A stretch of DNA of 58,068 bases, counting the filler, from Sphacelaria rigidula (taxonomy: Eukaryota): assembly GCA_964200075.2 (NCBI GenBank). It is 8 parts of 8 records of this genome, joined end to end, with 100 filler letters (N's around TTAATTAATTAA, not from the genome) between each part and the next. Parts side by side here need not be neighbours in the genome. Positions count along the whole stretch, not along the records: positions 43,627 to 50,797 come from CAXNAA020016149.1; positions 50,898 to 58,068 come from CAXNAA020016150.1; 6 more parts are not named here. One strand, written 5' to 3'. The position numbers and the translations under genes are program-made. Every line of letters begins with the position of its first letter. Positions within the stretch are counted from its first letter, which is position 1. Below the pieces are notes generated by a model, which was given only the letters and a program-made list of their open reading frames with translations, searched no databases and had not been told where the DNA came from. Shown piece by piece: positions 46,030 through 58,068 of this stretch.

Positions 46030-47405
46030 TAGCTCGAGCTAGCTCTTTTTGAGCGTAGCTCCCTAGTAAGCTATGAGGGCTACATGAGCTACGCATGTTT
46101 TGACTGGGGTGAGCTATGAGAGCTGTACGAGCTACGCATGTTTGCCCTGGGTGAGCTACCAACCCGTAGCTCATCAGCTCACATTCGTCCTGGATGAACT
46201 ATGAGAGCTGCATGAGCTACGCACGTTTGCGATGGATGAGCTACCAACCCGTACCTCATCAGCTCACATTCGCCCTGGGTGAGCTATGAAAGCTGCATGA
46301 GCTACGCATGTTTGCCCCGGATGAGCTATGGTAGATGCATGAGCTACACATGTTTGCCCCTGGATGAGCTATGAGAGATGAATGAGCTGCACATGTTTGC
46401 CCTGGATGAGCAATAAGAGATGTATGAGCTACACGCGTTTGCCCTGGATGAGCTATGAGAGCTGTAAGAGCCACGATTGCTTGTCCCTTTGACCGCGAGG
46501 GTAGGAGGTCTCTGAATCGGCATCATTCACATCCGAAAAATCAGTTGACGAATGCTGGTTTATCAGATCGCCAACCCTCGCGGTCAAAGGGCTAACTCCT
46601 TGACGGCGAGCATAAGTCATCTGTTGAATCGGCTCCATTGTTACTTGAAAAACGTATGCATAACCAGATGGACTCGTACTCTCGCGGCCAACCGATCAAA
46701 AGAAATGAATCAATCGAGTATTGTAGACACAGGATATTAATACATTTTTTAACCATCCGACCAAGCGAACGAGGATGTGTTGGCTTCTTTTCTTCCTATC
46801 GCGAAGAGTGAGGCAACATCGCGCAACCCAATGATATGTGGCACCATCTGTTCGAACAAGAATGCTGCATCATACGCCACACGGGGTTGGCCAGCGGCGA
46901 GCTAGGCATATGGCGTGAGTGAGTCACGACCATGTGTCCCTGGGGTGAGCTACCGGGCGTAGCTCATCCGCTCATATTTTTCCCGGGTGAGCTATCGAGC
47001 GTAGCTCATCCGCATATGTTTTCCCTGGGTGAGCTACCAACCCGTAGCTCATCAGCTCATATTCGCCCTGAGTGAGCCATGGGATCTGTATGAGCTACGC
47101 ATGTGTGCGATAGGTGAACTACCAACCCGTAGCTCATCAGCTCATATTCGTCCTGGGTGAGCTATGAAAGCTGCATGAGCTACGCACATTGCGATGGGTG
47201 AGCTACCAACCCGTAGCTCATTAGCTCATATTAGCCCTGGGTAAGCTATGAGAGCTGCATGAGCTACATATGTTTGTCCTGGGTGAGCTACCAACTCGTA
47301 GCTCATCAGCGCACGTTTACCTTGTGTTGAGCTATCGGACGTAGCTCACACCTATATGTTTGACTGCAAGGGAGCTACCGCCCGTAGATGAGCTAGCTCA
47401 TGAGC
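46030..47405. repeat. GAGCTA/TAGCTC-rich repeat array with inverted ends (probable non-autonomous element), itself interrupted at about 46485-46930
   Basis: Dozens of GGGTGAGCTA...GTAGCTCATC units; the left end GAGCTAGCTC..TAGCTCCCT is mirrored at 47369-47405. Confidence 0.8.
46485..46692. mobile_element. Two abutting piggyBac-type MITEs (46485-46591 and about 46596-46692)
   Basis: CCCTTTGACCGCGAGGG...CCCTCGCGGTCAAAGGG|CTAA| followed by a copy similar to 40877-40974 and 54432-54526. Confidence 0.7.
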
Positions 47406-47667
47406 TGTCTTACGTGTGCAAGGTTTGTATGCTTTTGACAGAAACATACCATTCGGGCAAGGTGGATGTCGGACAACTTTGGCATACGATCAGATATCAC
47501 GTTAGAGAGAGGAAAAAATAATCTCGATGGGGGGGGGGGGGGGGGGGTTACCACCCCCTGATCGGGGAAAGGGGGGAAATCTGGCGTGATTGTANNNNNN
47601 NNNNGGGGGGCGGTGCACAACAAACAGAAAAAACACAACAAACAAAAAGAGGAGGGAGAAAACACAG

Positions 47668-47698
<31 letters not shown>

Positions 47699-48468
47699 CG
47701 TTACCATCCCCTGATCGGGGAAATGGCGGAAATCTGGCGTGATTGTACCGAGTGCCGCAGAACCCCGTCCTTGCTGTCGGCGAGAAGATGGCGAATCAGC
47801 TGTTTTCTCTGCGAAACGTTGAAATTCTTGCGTTTCTGCCCTTGAGAGGCACTCCCAGCGGCAGACATGTCCCAGCAGCAGACGGGAAGGTGTTTAACCG
47901 GGGCTTCAAAGTTGGGGTGGTGAAAGCGGGCGCCGTCTGCTGCGGTGGAACCCATTTTTTTCCCAACCCTTGAAAAAAAACAGTTCTGCGCGCTGCGTTC
48001 CAGCGCGGCGGAACCAAAAAAAAATAACGTTCCGAAAAAGAGTTCTGTAGACCCGAGTTAGACCGCATCTTGTCAAAACCTTGCTTATTTTACCGGTCAG
48101 AGGGAGTATATATGTAAAACAAAAAACACACTGGGTCTCACGTGTAACGCAAGACGTGGGCATTTGCAATCGCAAGGCTGTGTGGTCCGATTGCCTGCCT
48201 AAAAAGACAGGACCTGGATCTTGCGTGGACCTCAACCGGTCTTATCGGGAAGAAAAAAAAAGGCAAAGTATCTGCTGAGGTTGTGGCATCATACTGGTCC
48301 CTATATGAAGCAAGCGACAACTTTCCACAACGCAGCCTCCGGGACGCCTCCGCAAAAACTGTGCGATACTCGTCTACCTGTACTATCACGTGTCGCCGTG
48401 TATAGCTGGAACCTAACCCTGACTCAAGATAGATAGCTGCCGCTCGGTTGTGTCGTTCCGCTCTGTAC

Positions 48469-48605
48469 CTGTTACTGTCGCGAATGAATCCACCGGAGAT
48501 GGGCTCCCCCGGCTCAACCAACTCGTCGCCGGTGGACATGACACCGACCCGAGGGCTAGCAATCACGGGAGCTTCTGACACCCCGACTGTGGCTAGGAGG
48601 CCGAT
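48469..48605 (-). CDS. CNX1: Internal exon of molybdopterin molybdenumtransferase (MoeA/gephyrin E domain)
   Basis: AAACAG| acceptor and |GTACAG donor. IGLLATVGVSEAPVIASPRVGVMSTGDELVEPGEPISGGFIRDSNR carries the MoeA signatures STGDEL and IRDSN. Confidence 0.92.
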
Positions 48606-48984
48606 CTGTTTTTTAGACAGCATAACAGGACGATAAGAGAGGGAGGGAAAAAAAATCAAGGCATGTTGCCACGGTAGATAGTGCCGGAGCGTGATGAACA
48701 ACATTGGGTGATGGCCTTCCTTTCGGCACTACTGTATCCTCTTCGATGTCGGCGTCAGACGCCTATTGTTTACAGAAATTGCCCCATGGTTACGTCAGAA
48801 TGACAAGGGCAAGACCACGTGTGATGTGCATACGAAAACAGGATCCCCGCCCCGGTGTGAATAGGTCAGTTTAATCCAGAAACTACACTACTCGTAGCAC
48901 GCACGCCCGGAGAGAATAAAGCGTGTCCAATTCATTACATTGACGTATGCACTAGTCGACCACTTCGGAGTCCAACGTCCCCGC

Positions 48985-49400
48985 GGTACAAAACGAACCG
49001 TCACGGTTGATGGTCGTCACTTTCCCGAAATGCAGCAAGTCGCTCTTTCTTTTTTTGTCTTGTTTTCAATATTCGTACAGTACTCGGTTCACCTGTTCCA
49101 CTTTGATTGTTTTTTAATTCCTTCATTTTTCTTCAGCTAGTGCATCTCCACGGCACGGAACGAACCGTCACGGTTGACGGTGTCACTTTCCCGAAATGCA
49201 ACATGTCGCTCTTCCTTTTTCTTTTGTTCTCAATGTTTGTACAGTACTCGATTTATCTGTTCTATTTTATTTTTATTTTTATTCACTTTTCTTCAGCGAG
49301 TGTTTCCGTGTTGTTCACCTTGGGTACATCTACTGTGTGGATAACGACCACCGCGCTGGCTCCCTCGGGGATGAGTTAATGCGCGACAATCAGTCAATCG
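48985..49400 (+). repeat. Tandem ~170-bp duplication ending in a LINE/SINE-type 3' tail
   Basis: AACGAACCGTCACGGTTGA...TTTTCTTCAGC occurs twice (about 48992 and 49159). The 3' part TTCTTCAGCGAGTGTTTC..GGTAC..GACCAC..GCTGG matches the LINE UTR at 37340-37425. Confidence 0.7.
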
Positions 49401-52400
49401 ATGGTCTCATAATATACCATCATGGCATCATGGCATCCAAAGTCGCATGATACCCTCTTGCACTGTACTACACTCCCAAGTACTGTTCACGATGCAAGAC
49501 AGCGGCAGCAATGATCACGTAAGAAAGCACCCCATCCCCGACCCCGAACTAGCAACGCGAAACAAAGCATGCCACAGGTCAAACCGATCTGCAAAAATTC
49601 GTCTCGCGCTCTCTACCCGCGCAGTACCATCAGCGATATCAACGGATAGAACACAATCAATCTTCGGCTTAGGCGGAACATAACATATCTTGTTCACCAG
49701 ATGCTGTTCATGCCGCGAGCCACGGTTGTCGTTCGCATGTCAGTTCCCCCTAGCTGAAGGCGATATTAGGTTTCGACGGCCAGTACTATAGTACTCGTAG
49801 GTCGAATGTATCCCACGTTCCTTTTTTTTTTTTTCCACCTCCTTCTTTACCTTNNNNNNNNNNGCAAAACAAAACTTATTTCGCTCGTAGGTTGCGGCTC
49901 CCGGCGGTATCGTGGTTGTGGGTCGAATGTATCCCACGTTCCTTTTTTTTTTTTTCACGAACCCCCCTTCCCTTCCTCGGGACGAGTCCGCGGTGTCAAG
50001 GGGTCATCTACCCTTCTCTTCCTCGGTACAGTCCATATATGTCGTTGGTCGTGCGATCTTTAGACAGAATCGTCCGGGCAGAGACGGTGGAACCGCCTAC
50101 ATGTTCGAAACACAAATAAAAAAAGTAACATGCGCTTCTCCAACTGACATTTTCTTCGGCCCAGCTCACGGCTGCGAGACACGGAACAGCAGCACTTGAA
50201 GCTTATGTTCACTGCTTCTGCATATCGTATGTAATATTATTATTGGATGCTTATGGCGGTGGGTATACATACTCTGGGAGGATACTACTGTCAGGGATTG
50301 CACCACTGACTGTTTTGTACCTGTCTATATTGATGCCAGCTGTACTGGTGTGCACATACACACGAGACAACAGGATAATCAACCACGCTTATCATTCCCC
50401 AGACCCTTTACACGCGTGATATCCCAACATCCCACATTCTTTGACGGAAATATATAACCAATAGCAGTGGGAAAATATCAACCAACCATGCCTATACTTA
50501 TAAAAACACTTCACCTACATTACGCCTCTCTGTACAAGTGTTACAGTGCCGAAAAAGGTTGAAGCCTAAATCACAAACCCATCACCCAAAAACTCAGAAA
50601 AAAAAAATCATCGTAGCATGTATCTTTGACACTTTCTACGATAGTGCCCCCCCCCCAAACCAGCTAAAAGTATCACGAAAAAAATGGCCATACAGCGCCT
50701 GATCTTCGGGCTCCGGCTGCATGAAGCGCCTCATATTGGCGACATTGGCTAGAACGCACCCAAGCGTGGGCGTTCCAACCCTCTCGTTGTGCTCGGCNNN
50801 NNNNNNNNNNNNNNNNNNNNNNNNNNNNNNNNNNNNNNNNNTTAATTAATTAANNNNNNNNNNNNNNNNNNNNNNNNNNNNNNNNNNNNNNNNNNNNAAC
50901 ATCCTCACCCCTGACCGCAGGTACTAGCCAGTTCCCGCGATCAGCCCTCCGGGCGCGTATCTTCGTTCCGAATCAACGGCCCATCATTGTACTGTCCCCC
51001 TTCCACCGCATCACGCCGCGATCCGTAACACTTCGGCCCTATGCGGGCCCGGAGGTAATTTTGACGCCTTCTGTACATCCTCTTCACACCTCGCTCCTCA
51101 CCCCTCTTACTTTTCAAGATTGTTTTTTTTCGACGTTTTTTTCGCGCTTTGCGTTTCCGCGAATTTGTTGCTGTTGATCGCCATAATCGGGGCGGGATCG
51201 GACTCCGGGGTATGTTGCGTTTGACCAGCAATATCATTACGTGTGATACTGCTGCGTTCGCTGATCGTCTCTCCCGTTTTTGGTGGTGCGTTTGGTCATC
51301 GAAGAGCGCTTCGTCCGAGTGGGACTAGGGCGTGGGGTGGCCGAACATTCTGCTGAGGCCCTGCAAATCTCTTTGTCCGCGGATTCAGGGGGAGATGGGA
51401 CGAACGACGACGGCGTGATGCCCGGCTATGGTATCTCATTCAGCTTCTGGCGAGAGTCGAGGGTCGGCGGATCCCCCCCATACTTCTGTTGGAATACGCC
51501 GAGGTCAGCAGTTGTCGGCAAATGCCCGGGGCGAACCTGAACGTGCACGAGAAGCACCACTCCAAGCTTCCAAAACGTTTTGCTAGCCTCACCTGTGATG
51601 TGATAAGGGTGAGGCACCTTGAGAAAGGTGTAATGGTGTTCACCACGATTGATTCCAGGTTCAGACCTCTGTGTACGTTGTTTGTTTACTCAGCTCAGCA
51701 GCGCGGGCTGTCCACAGTCACTCTCGTGTTGCATCCACAAGGAGAAAACAAGCAAATGCAGACAAGGGTAGCACCGTTTTTTCACGCAGTGGATTGCATC
51801 CAAGCTTCATCTATAGAACAGGGAAATACAACACAAACCGAACAAGCCGAAAACTCAATCAATGAAACACACCAGACAAAACAGCAGCCCGACTGCTGCT
51901 CTTATCTCTGGGACTCACTTTCTTGCGGTTTGTAGATACTCCAGTGGGGAAACTGTTGAATTACAGCCAAAAACTGGAAATGAGAAGAGAGTGACGCTCG
52001 TTGGAACTACTTACAGCTTCAAACGTGTTTCGCCGCCCCATAATCATCCTAAACTGAGGTCATACCTTAAAATCCAAGAGCCGAGCTCTTCAATACATGA
52101 CATACATGGTTGGGTCACTACGTTTTTTTTCGAATTGAAATACATGCTCTCCGTAGAACGTCAACCCGAGGGGCAGCCAATTTTCCGCTATTTGAATATG
52201 AAAATGTTCATCATTCAATGTCACCTTTGCCCAAGATCATGGCTACGTCCTGCAGTCACATCATATCACACCCTGGTATGACTTCTGACGCGTTCACGTT
52301 GGCCAAGATCTTGCTGGACCAGTTGGAGAACGCCTCATTCAACCGGCGCTCATCAGACTTGATGCTTGGACGCACCAAGGATCACGCCACCTATCGTCAG

Positions 52401-53524
52401 ACAGCTTGCTGCAATTAACTGTGGACCTATGGGAGATGCCTTTGTAGTTTGCTCGTGATGGCATTTTTGTACGCATATGGCAAGATGCGCATTACACACC
52501 TCAACATTCCCTAGGATAGCCTCGCGCGGGAGGGCGGGGGAGGGGGGGGGGGGCGAGATGATGACGCACACTTTGGGATAATGTTCTATGTATTGCTCTA
52601 TCGACCTCACTTCCTGTACGGTCTTGTCTTACTTGGCTTGGGTATTAAGTCGAGAATTCTTTGGGGTGTCTCCGACGTCATCTAGGCAAATGTTTTTTTT
52701 TGTGTGTCTTCGTTGCCCTTATTTATTTTCTATTTATTCCCTGGTTTTGAATTTTACTTTCATCTGCCTCTTGTTTCCTCCTGCCCCTTTTCTGTATTCG
52801 ATGGTTTAAGCTTTCTTTCCTCTGGGTCATGTTATTTATTCGGATCATTGCGGTCGTTTTGTGACCATATCTGGGTTCGTAGCGGATGAATTATTGTGTA
52901 ATAAGTGTATCAAATCATTACACTCAAAGAAGGGACTTCATCAACTTCATGCCGGTACCCAGCCCATCCCCGACTCTCGATAAAGGGGAAGCACCTTGAG
53001 TAAATGTCATTTTCCCCGTTTCTTGGACGGTATGCACAATGGAGCAATGCCTTCACCGCCCACGGTCCACCTGCAGGTGAGCAGCTAAAAAATGACGAGT
53101 TTTCGCTGTCTTTGAATTCGCTGACCGTTACCAGGGTGGTATATCACGTCTCAAATCATGTACGGCCTGAGAACTATTTTCAAACTGCGGTGGCTTTTTT
53201 TTCGCGGTATAAAACCTGGTGTGTATGCATGGCATTTTGTGCGTGTGCAAGACATACTAAGCAGAGCAACATGGGCGGAGCCGCACTAGCGAATGCATGG
53301 AGCCTGCCACGGTGCGGTGTACTGTACCAGCAAAGTGGTCGCTCTAGTTTATCTTTGTTTTCGTTCTGAACCAACTCAGTGGACTCCCCATAGTGGTACG
53401 ATCGTACCTGCACAATGATCGGCCTGAAGCCAACATCATCGATCACAAGATCCGAAAAAGCGGTCAACCACTACTTTCATAAATATGTGGTTGAAGAATT
53501 ATGCCGAGATCTGTTGTCGGTGTA

Positions 53525-53717
53525 ATGCGTGAGAGGACCGCGCCGTAGTTCAAAACACCGCAGGATCGATGTTTTTCAAAAACAATCGGGCCAGTCCCTG
53601 CAGGCACCACGCCCCTGACCATAACCCCAACCCTAACCCTAACCCTAACCCTAACCCTAACCATGGCGATGTTCAAATTCCGATGCGGTCCTCTAAGCAC
53701 GCGGTCCTCTCACGCAT
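53525..53717. mobile_element. Telomeric-repeat-bearing MITE, copy 2
   Basis: Perfect TIR ATGCGTGAGAGGACCGCG / CGCGGTCCTCTCACGCAT; internal (CCCTAA)5 at about 53631-53660. Confidence 0.9.
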
Positions 53718-54431
53718 TTCCGTCGGCACCTCATTATTCGTGTCAACCATTTTTTCCGACCATCTGGTAAATAGCCCTCCCTCTCGTAGTCTCATTTTAC
53801 CGCTCACTCGAGGCTGCGCTGCATATAAGCTAACCGCCGCACGCAGTTTCGCTAGTTCTCCTCGCGCTTTCGCTTGGTTGTGTTCAGTAGTTAGTCGTCT
53901 GGACATCGAGTAACGCTGGTTGTACAGGAAAACGAAGAATCAATAACAAATCATGTTCTCGCTCACCACAGACACGTCCGATCGAAAAAGGAATCAATTG
54001 ACAGACAGCGAATATATTGTGCCATTTGACAACAACTGTTTGTTTGTGCTCTGCATGTTATCGCACGCAACAAGTATTTTACTTATGTACGCCTCGATTT
54101 TGACCAAGAATGGGCTTGCCCTCCGACGAAGCTTGTGGCAGATTCAATTTGTCAACTTTTGCCCGGAGCTTCTCTGCGTACTTCTAACGACGGTGCTCCA
54201 GCTTCGCCACGACTCGCCGTGTCATTTGGTTTCATCGAATGTCACTATTATTGTAGGCAGTGGACGCATTTTGTTCCACCGCGAAACGTGACGAAGTGTT
54301 CTGATACTTTCGGAAGAAAACTTGTTGCATGCACAGGATGCGAACCCAATTTCACCGGGAAACGTATGGCATTTGAGGTACATCTAGCAGTAAATATACC
54401 GCGAACATCGTGATTGAGAGTCCGCTATGAA

Positions 54432-54526
54432 CCCCTTGACCGCCAGCGTAAGTCATGTTGAATCGGCCTCAATTTCCCTAGAGAGATGAATGCATGTCCT
54501 AGATGACTACCCTCACAGTCAAGGGG
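54432..54526. mobile_element. piggyBac-type MITE
   Basis: TGAA|CCCCTTGAC...GTCAAGGGG|TTGA; the body TGTTGAATCGGC...ATGCAT is shared with 40877, 41629 and 46596. Confidence 0.7.
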
Positions 54527-54918
54527 TTGAAGTTATGTGCGTCCAACCCCAACTTCCAACCGAAAGGTACACCGTCGACAGCGGACATATGCAACCTGCT
54601 GCTGCGGAAGTGAAGTGTTCCCCACAGCCTTCAAAACTTTAGTTCGCACCACGATCAAGCCCTCTATAGTTCCAGTTGTGCCGCCTTACTATACTTGTGG
54701 CCACGCTGCATTTGCAACCCCACTTTGCCCAGTACCAATGTACCGCGCAGATATCGGAACGGCTTTTAATGTGAAGACAACAACAACTTTGGTGGTACTC
54801 GTTTTGGCGTCCGTTGCGTTTTTTTGTTTGATTAAAAACACAGTATAGTTTACCATTTGGTAGGTATTGGATTTCAGTTTAGTGTGAATCCGGATCTTTG
54901 ATAACTGGATCTTTCGTA

Positions 54919-55137
54919 ATGTGTGGGAGGATCGCGTGCTTAGAGGCCCGCACCGTAATATAGTTCAAAACACTCCAGGATCGACGTTTTCGAAACAAAT
55001 CGGGCCAATTCCTGCGGGGACCACACCCCTGACCCTGAACCAACCCTACTCCTAACCCAAACCCTAACCCTAACCCTAACTATAGGGGTATCTAAAACTC
55101 CGATGCGATTCCCTAAGCGCGCGGTCCTCCCACGCAC
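54919..55137. mobile_element. Telomeric-repeat-bearing MITE, copy 3 (diverged)
   Basis: TA|ATGTGTGGGAGGATCGCG...CGCGGTCCTCCCACGCAC|TA with internal CCCTAA repeats at about 55040-55080; body collinear with 53525-53717. Confidence 0.85.
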
Positions 55138-55647
55138 TACACTTTAATGGAGGTGCTGTGTTCCTAGCGTGCGCAGAACGCGTTTTGTCTCAATCGGCGC
55201 CTGGAGCGCCGATTTGAGGTCTGGCAACGGATACATTGTCTAGGAGGCACTTTGCACCCCCCATGCCCGAGGGTTCTCAGTATGCCTGGCTAGGATTTGG
55301 TGAACTAAACTCCGAATCGAGAGCCGCTTGCACTGGTCTCATTTGTTCCGAATTGAAGTACATGCATGTTCCGGTTTTTCGGAAAACAATAACCTCTTGG
55401 GTAACCCAGATTCATCCTATTGCACCGAGAGAATGGGTTCCACCATAGATATTATTGCCGACACCTAAGTCCCAACCATTCGAAATAACTCATCGACCGC
55501 GGGCATATCAAACCTCCGACAGATCCACATCCTTCCCATTCACTCCATCATCGTCTCCAAGCATAAACGTGACCACTGCGCAGAGCGAACGAGTCAGCGA
55601 CATATCTGAGCAGCAACTGTGTACTGCCAGTTGCTTTCCTTTCCAAG

Positions 55648-56141
55648 GCATGAATCCGTGCGATATCACCCCCGGGGATTCACCCCGCGATAAAGCAGCA
55701 GGAGCTAGCAGCCCATCGCTGTGCGGTAGTGCCGAAGATGACGGAGAAGCCCAAACCTACGCTGGAAAACAAATGAAAGCAGATCCTGGTGTTGAGCCGC
55801 GAGTGGATATATTACCGGCGTCGGCAGACCAGGTCTCATGCGAGATCGCCCCCACCGGCGATGATGAGAATACATCTTCTGGGGCATCTGCCGCGGCAGA
55901 CGCGGGGCTCCTTCACCAGTCGCTGGTACAACATGGTCTCGTCGCTGATAGCCGTGATATCCCGGGCGATAGTGGCCACGATCAGACAGATCGCATTGCT
56001 TGGGGATCCAGCGGAACGCCGGGAGGAGGGGAATTGAAACCACCATCTGAAAGCACTTTCGACGGACTTGTTGAAGAGAAGAAGCCGGGGCTGCTGCAAA
56101 CAACTACCCAACCCAGTGACGCGGTGTACGCAAGTGATGAG
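55648..56141 (+). CDS. Putative internal exon encoding a low-complexity acidic/disordered segment of an unknown protein
   Basis: Lies inside the 250-aa ORF 55455-56207, with a polypyrimidine TTGCTTTCCTTTCCAAG| acceptor and a GAG|GTGAGA donor; D/E/S/A/G/P-rich. Confidence 0.5.
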
Positions 56142-58068
56142 GTGAGAATGCACGGCAAGTATATACCATTATTTCAGGTGAAATGCATTTCTGATGGGTA
56201 TAGTTGACGATTGTATGGTCAACGGCTTAAGTGTTCGGTAAAAATAATCCCTCAAGTCTTTCTTTTGGAGATTGTGTCATATGCATGTGTCCTGTTGAGT
56301 TTACTTTTGCGACGTTTCAAGTGTTTAGCGCGGGAAACAGCAAAAGTATTGGGCACTGTTTGACGACGGTCGACCTTGCGGGGGCGAGCAGCCCCCTCAC
56401 GAACAATGCTATATATGCGACATCGCTTAATGTCATACTTACATCAGTGCAGAGCACCTTTGTGCTCTTATGCGACCTGGCGGCCTGAAATCGATGTGGA
56501 CTATTCACCGAGAAGTACTCTATGAGGGCCCTGACAGAGGTATCTCGAACTCAGATCTCAAGATTTGAACACCAGTTGAACTTATCGGGAACCTCGAGTT
56601 TAAGATACCCCTCTTGATTCGCGTTGTGTCAAGGCCCCCATTAGTTAGAATGATCAGAGATGAAATCATTGATCTGAGATATGCCCGACCGTTGTTGCGG
56701 AAGGCAAGTTGGATGTGTCCAGCCGTTGTACAGCCCGTGATATCCCCATTGCCCCTCCCCCTGCCCCCCCGCCTCTCTTGGCAACACGGAGAGTGTAGAG
56801 GGTAAGATGTCTCCGGGGAGCTTTCGTCACGACAACCAACGAAACAACTGCGGACGCACGTGATGATCGTGCCATCTACGTCATATTGTAGGAAATATGA
56901 GAACTTTCGGATATGCTTGAGATACATTCTGCCCGCAAGAAGGCGTCATCGAAAAATTGACCGCTGAGAGCCTGCATATGTGGTCACACCAGACCGCCGT
57001 ATTGACGGTAGCAACCTGCATTAACTTCATGTGTTCAATCGTTGCGTAGGATATGACGGGCTCCCATGCTCTTCCTCTTTCCCCCTTCCTCACCAAGCTC
57101 TAGTGCGCCCATGGGATCTCCACGAGGACGAGGATGATAATGCATGCCTATGGGGACTTATTGCACAGACGTCTCGCGGAGGCTTCATCGATACATACAG
57201 CCCTTGTGTTTTGATCCACCTCTTTACAGATACAAGATCATCCCGGGAAGGTCTTCAGTATCGTGAAACACAACTTTTTCAAGAGAAAACGTCAACGCAT
57301 ATCTCACGGTTATGGCACATGCACGACTTGCCATGCTGTACTGCAGCTTTGAAACTCAGGTTATTATCCCAAACTCGAGTGTCCCGGTGTATTAAATAGC
57401 AATTTTTGACTGTTGAATATATCGGAAACCTCGATTTTGAGATATCTCAGTTCATCAGCCGTTTCCCACTGCAGGAAGATGAGCAACAAACCCCTCAATC
57501 CGACCGCCGCAGCTCGACGCTGGGCAACTCTGGGGGCAAAACTAGTGTTGGAAACTCGCGCATACGGTAGTAGGTACTTTCGTGCGCTCGTTGAATCTCA
57601 AAGCCTCGCTAATTTGACGAGATGTGATTTTGCAGACCTCCGCAACTGCGTCGAAAGTCTGCCAGGCGGGTTGTCAGCGGGACCCATTGATGTTTTTTCT
57701 CAAACATTTGTTCTGGAAAGAGATTGTCTCCACAACGACCCCTTTCAGTCGCATCACGAACATGGTTTTGTCTAGATCGGCGGCCAAATCCGCATAAAAG
57801 TTCAAAATCGCGGTGCTTTCCGAAGGGCAGTCGTTGGTCCAACACCTTTGTACTGCCATACACAAGATACAACATGACAGTATGACGCCCACACCGAGCG
57901 CCGAAAAAACACGCACGGACACCCCACTCGCGCATGAGCCCCGGCGTGATCCCTCCCTTATACACACACGACAGTCTATGTTTCACAGATTCCCGTTGTG
58001 AGTCATGCTACGGTAGGGGTGCAGAAATAATTTCTGAGATTAGAATTGTTAGGAGCCCCTTATCTCAT

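Larger units (their letters stand above)
45981..48106 (-). mobile_element. Mariner-type (Stowaway-like TIR) DNA transposon remnant with nested insertions
   Basis: TA|CTCCCTCTGACCGGTAAAATAAGCAAGG (reverse complement at 48106) and a degraded partner TA|CTCTGATAAAGTAAGCAAGG at 45981. Transposase fragments on the minus strand: KRKNFNVSQRKQLIRHLLADSKDGVLRH (about 47750-47840) and MPKLSDIHLARMVCFCQKH (about 47428-47490). Confidence 0.7.

Noticed and set aside
46170-47320. CTGATGAG hammerhead cores on the minus strand of the GAGCTA array
   Set aside because: Stem II is followed by TCACCC rather than GAAA; this is a by-product of the repeat unit.
52280-52400. Minus-strand exon with an in-frame TGA (possible selenocysteine)
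   Set aside because: It has the Ser-rich composition of an antisense shadow of the + strand frame; no selenoprotein motif or SECIS was seen.
53620-53662. True chromosome end
   Set aside because: The array is short, internal and enclosed by MITE TIRs.

Overview
This window is not one locus. It is eight sequences of exactly 7171 bp (1-7171, 7272-14442, 14543-21713, 21814-28984, 29085-36255, 36356-43526, 43627-50797, 50898-58068) joined by artificial 100-bp N/TTAATTAATTAA linkers, so nothing can be inferred from adjacency across linkers. The content is repeat-rich eukaryotic DNA with small isolated exons in long TE-filled introns, most consistent with a brown alga (Phaeophyceae); the taxon is an inference. 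Host exons: BRR2/SNRNP200, a MoeA/gephyrin (CNX1) exon, a probable LTV1 last exon and a multi-TM membrane protein exon. Mobile DNA: (1) a decayed tyrosine-recombinase (DIRS-order) retrotransposon with RT, RNase H, methyltransferase-like and YR domains and split direct repeats, its YR gene cut by a 1.3-kb TIR element; (2) a Ty3/Gypsy element with an RS-rich, CCCH-finger Gag, an in-frame gag/pol UGA followed by a stem-loop, a dUTPase-like spacer, and a nearby integrase-type Tudor tail; (3) an RTE-like LINE 3' end; (4) tRNA-derived SINEs; (5) a mariner remnant hosting nested elements; (6) piggyBac-type MITEs stacked at TTAA sites; (7) a MITE family carrying TTAGGG telomeric repeats. There is no CRISPR array, rRNA or intact tRNA.
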